Of a stretch of 64,000 bases of DNA, positions 63,763 through 64,000 are shown piece after piece (position 1 is the first letter of the stretch; every line of letters starts with the position of its first letter). Under the pieces are notes generated by a model. It saw only the letters and a program-made list of their open reading frames with translations, was not told the origin of the DNA and ran no database searches. The DNA is from Octopus sinensis (Eukaryota). The position numbers and the translations under genes are program-made. The stretch lies in NCBI RefSeq assembly GCF_006345805.1, contig NW_021833726.1, positions 1 through 64,000 of the forward strand. Direction: 5' to 3'.

Positions 63763-64000
63763 TTAAGATATAATATAGTATATCGATTGGTAGTAGCCTC
63801 GAATTAGAATGACTAAGCAAAGAAGGTAGTTATGCGATGAACGGTCCCCGTGAAATTTAACGGTCCCCGTGAAATAGTTTGAAATGTTTCAAGTCATCCG
63901 TTTTCTATGAGATATGCTTATCTGACCAATGCAATTTTTGTCACATCCTCAGTATGCTATGAAATAAATCATGCTTTTTATGGGTTATGTCTTAATGTAA

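Noticed and set aside
63841-63876. 19-bp tandem duplication ACGGTCCCCGTGAAAT
   Set aside because: A simple two-copy local duplication with no further structure.

Overview
AT-rich, repeat-saturated eukaryotic DNA, most likely octopus or another coleoid cephalopod. This is inferred from the tRNA/CORE-type SINE families and the microsatellite load. I cannot support any intact host gene, rRNA, tRNA or CRISPR array. Nearly all ORFs in the track are microsatellite translations or transposon debris. Recognisable content: about 18 SINE copies; about 11 fragments of R4/Dong-clade RLE non-LTR retrotransposons, mostly in or beside (TAA)n arrays; one RTE 3' end; Tigger/pogo, maT-like, mariner and other Tc1-family fossils; a piggyBac-type MITE; and a probable Gypsy LTR with PBS. 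The most interesting layer is missed by the ORF track. It is a set of short non-coding, (TA)n-associated elements carrying minimal type I hammerhead ribozyme (HHR) motifs of about 5-7 sequence families. They occur singly, in tandem (a ~478-bp unit with one HHR per unit, retrozyme-like, 48969-50120) and as head-to-head inverted pairs (a perfect 128-bp palindrome at 52345-52472 and a pair at 60964-61140). This architecture resembles Penelope-like pseudo-LTRs or non-LTR retrozymes, but no Penelope RT or GIY-YIG ORF is visible. All folds and translations were done by eye. Ribozyme activity is untested, and some near-identical duplications could be long-read assembly artefacts.
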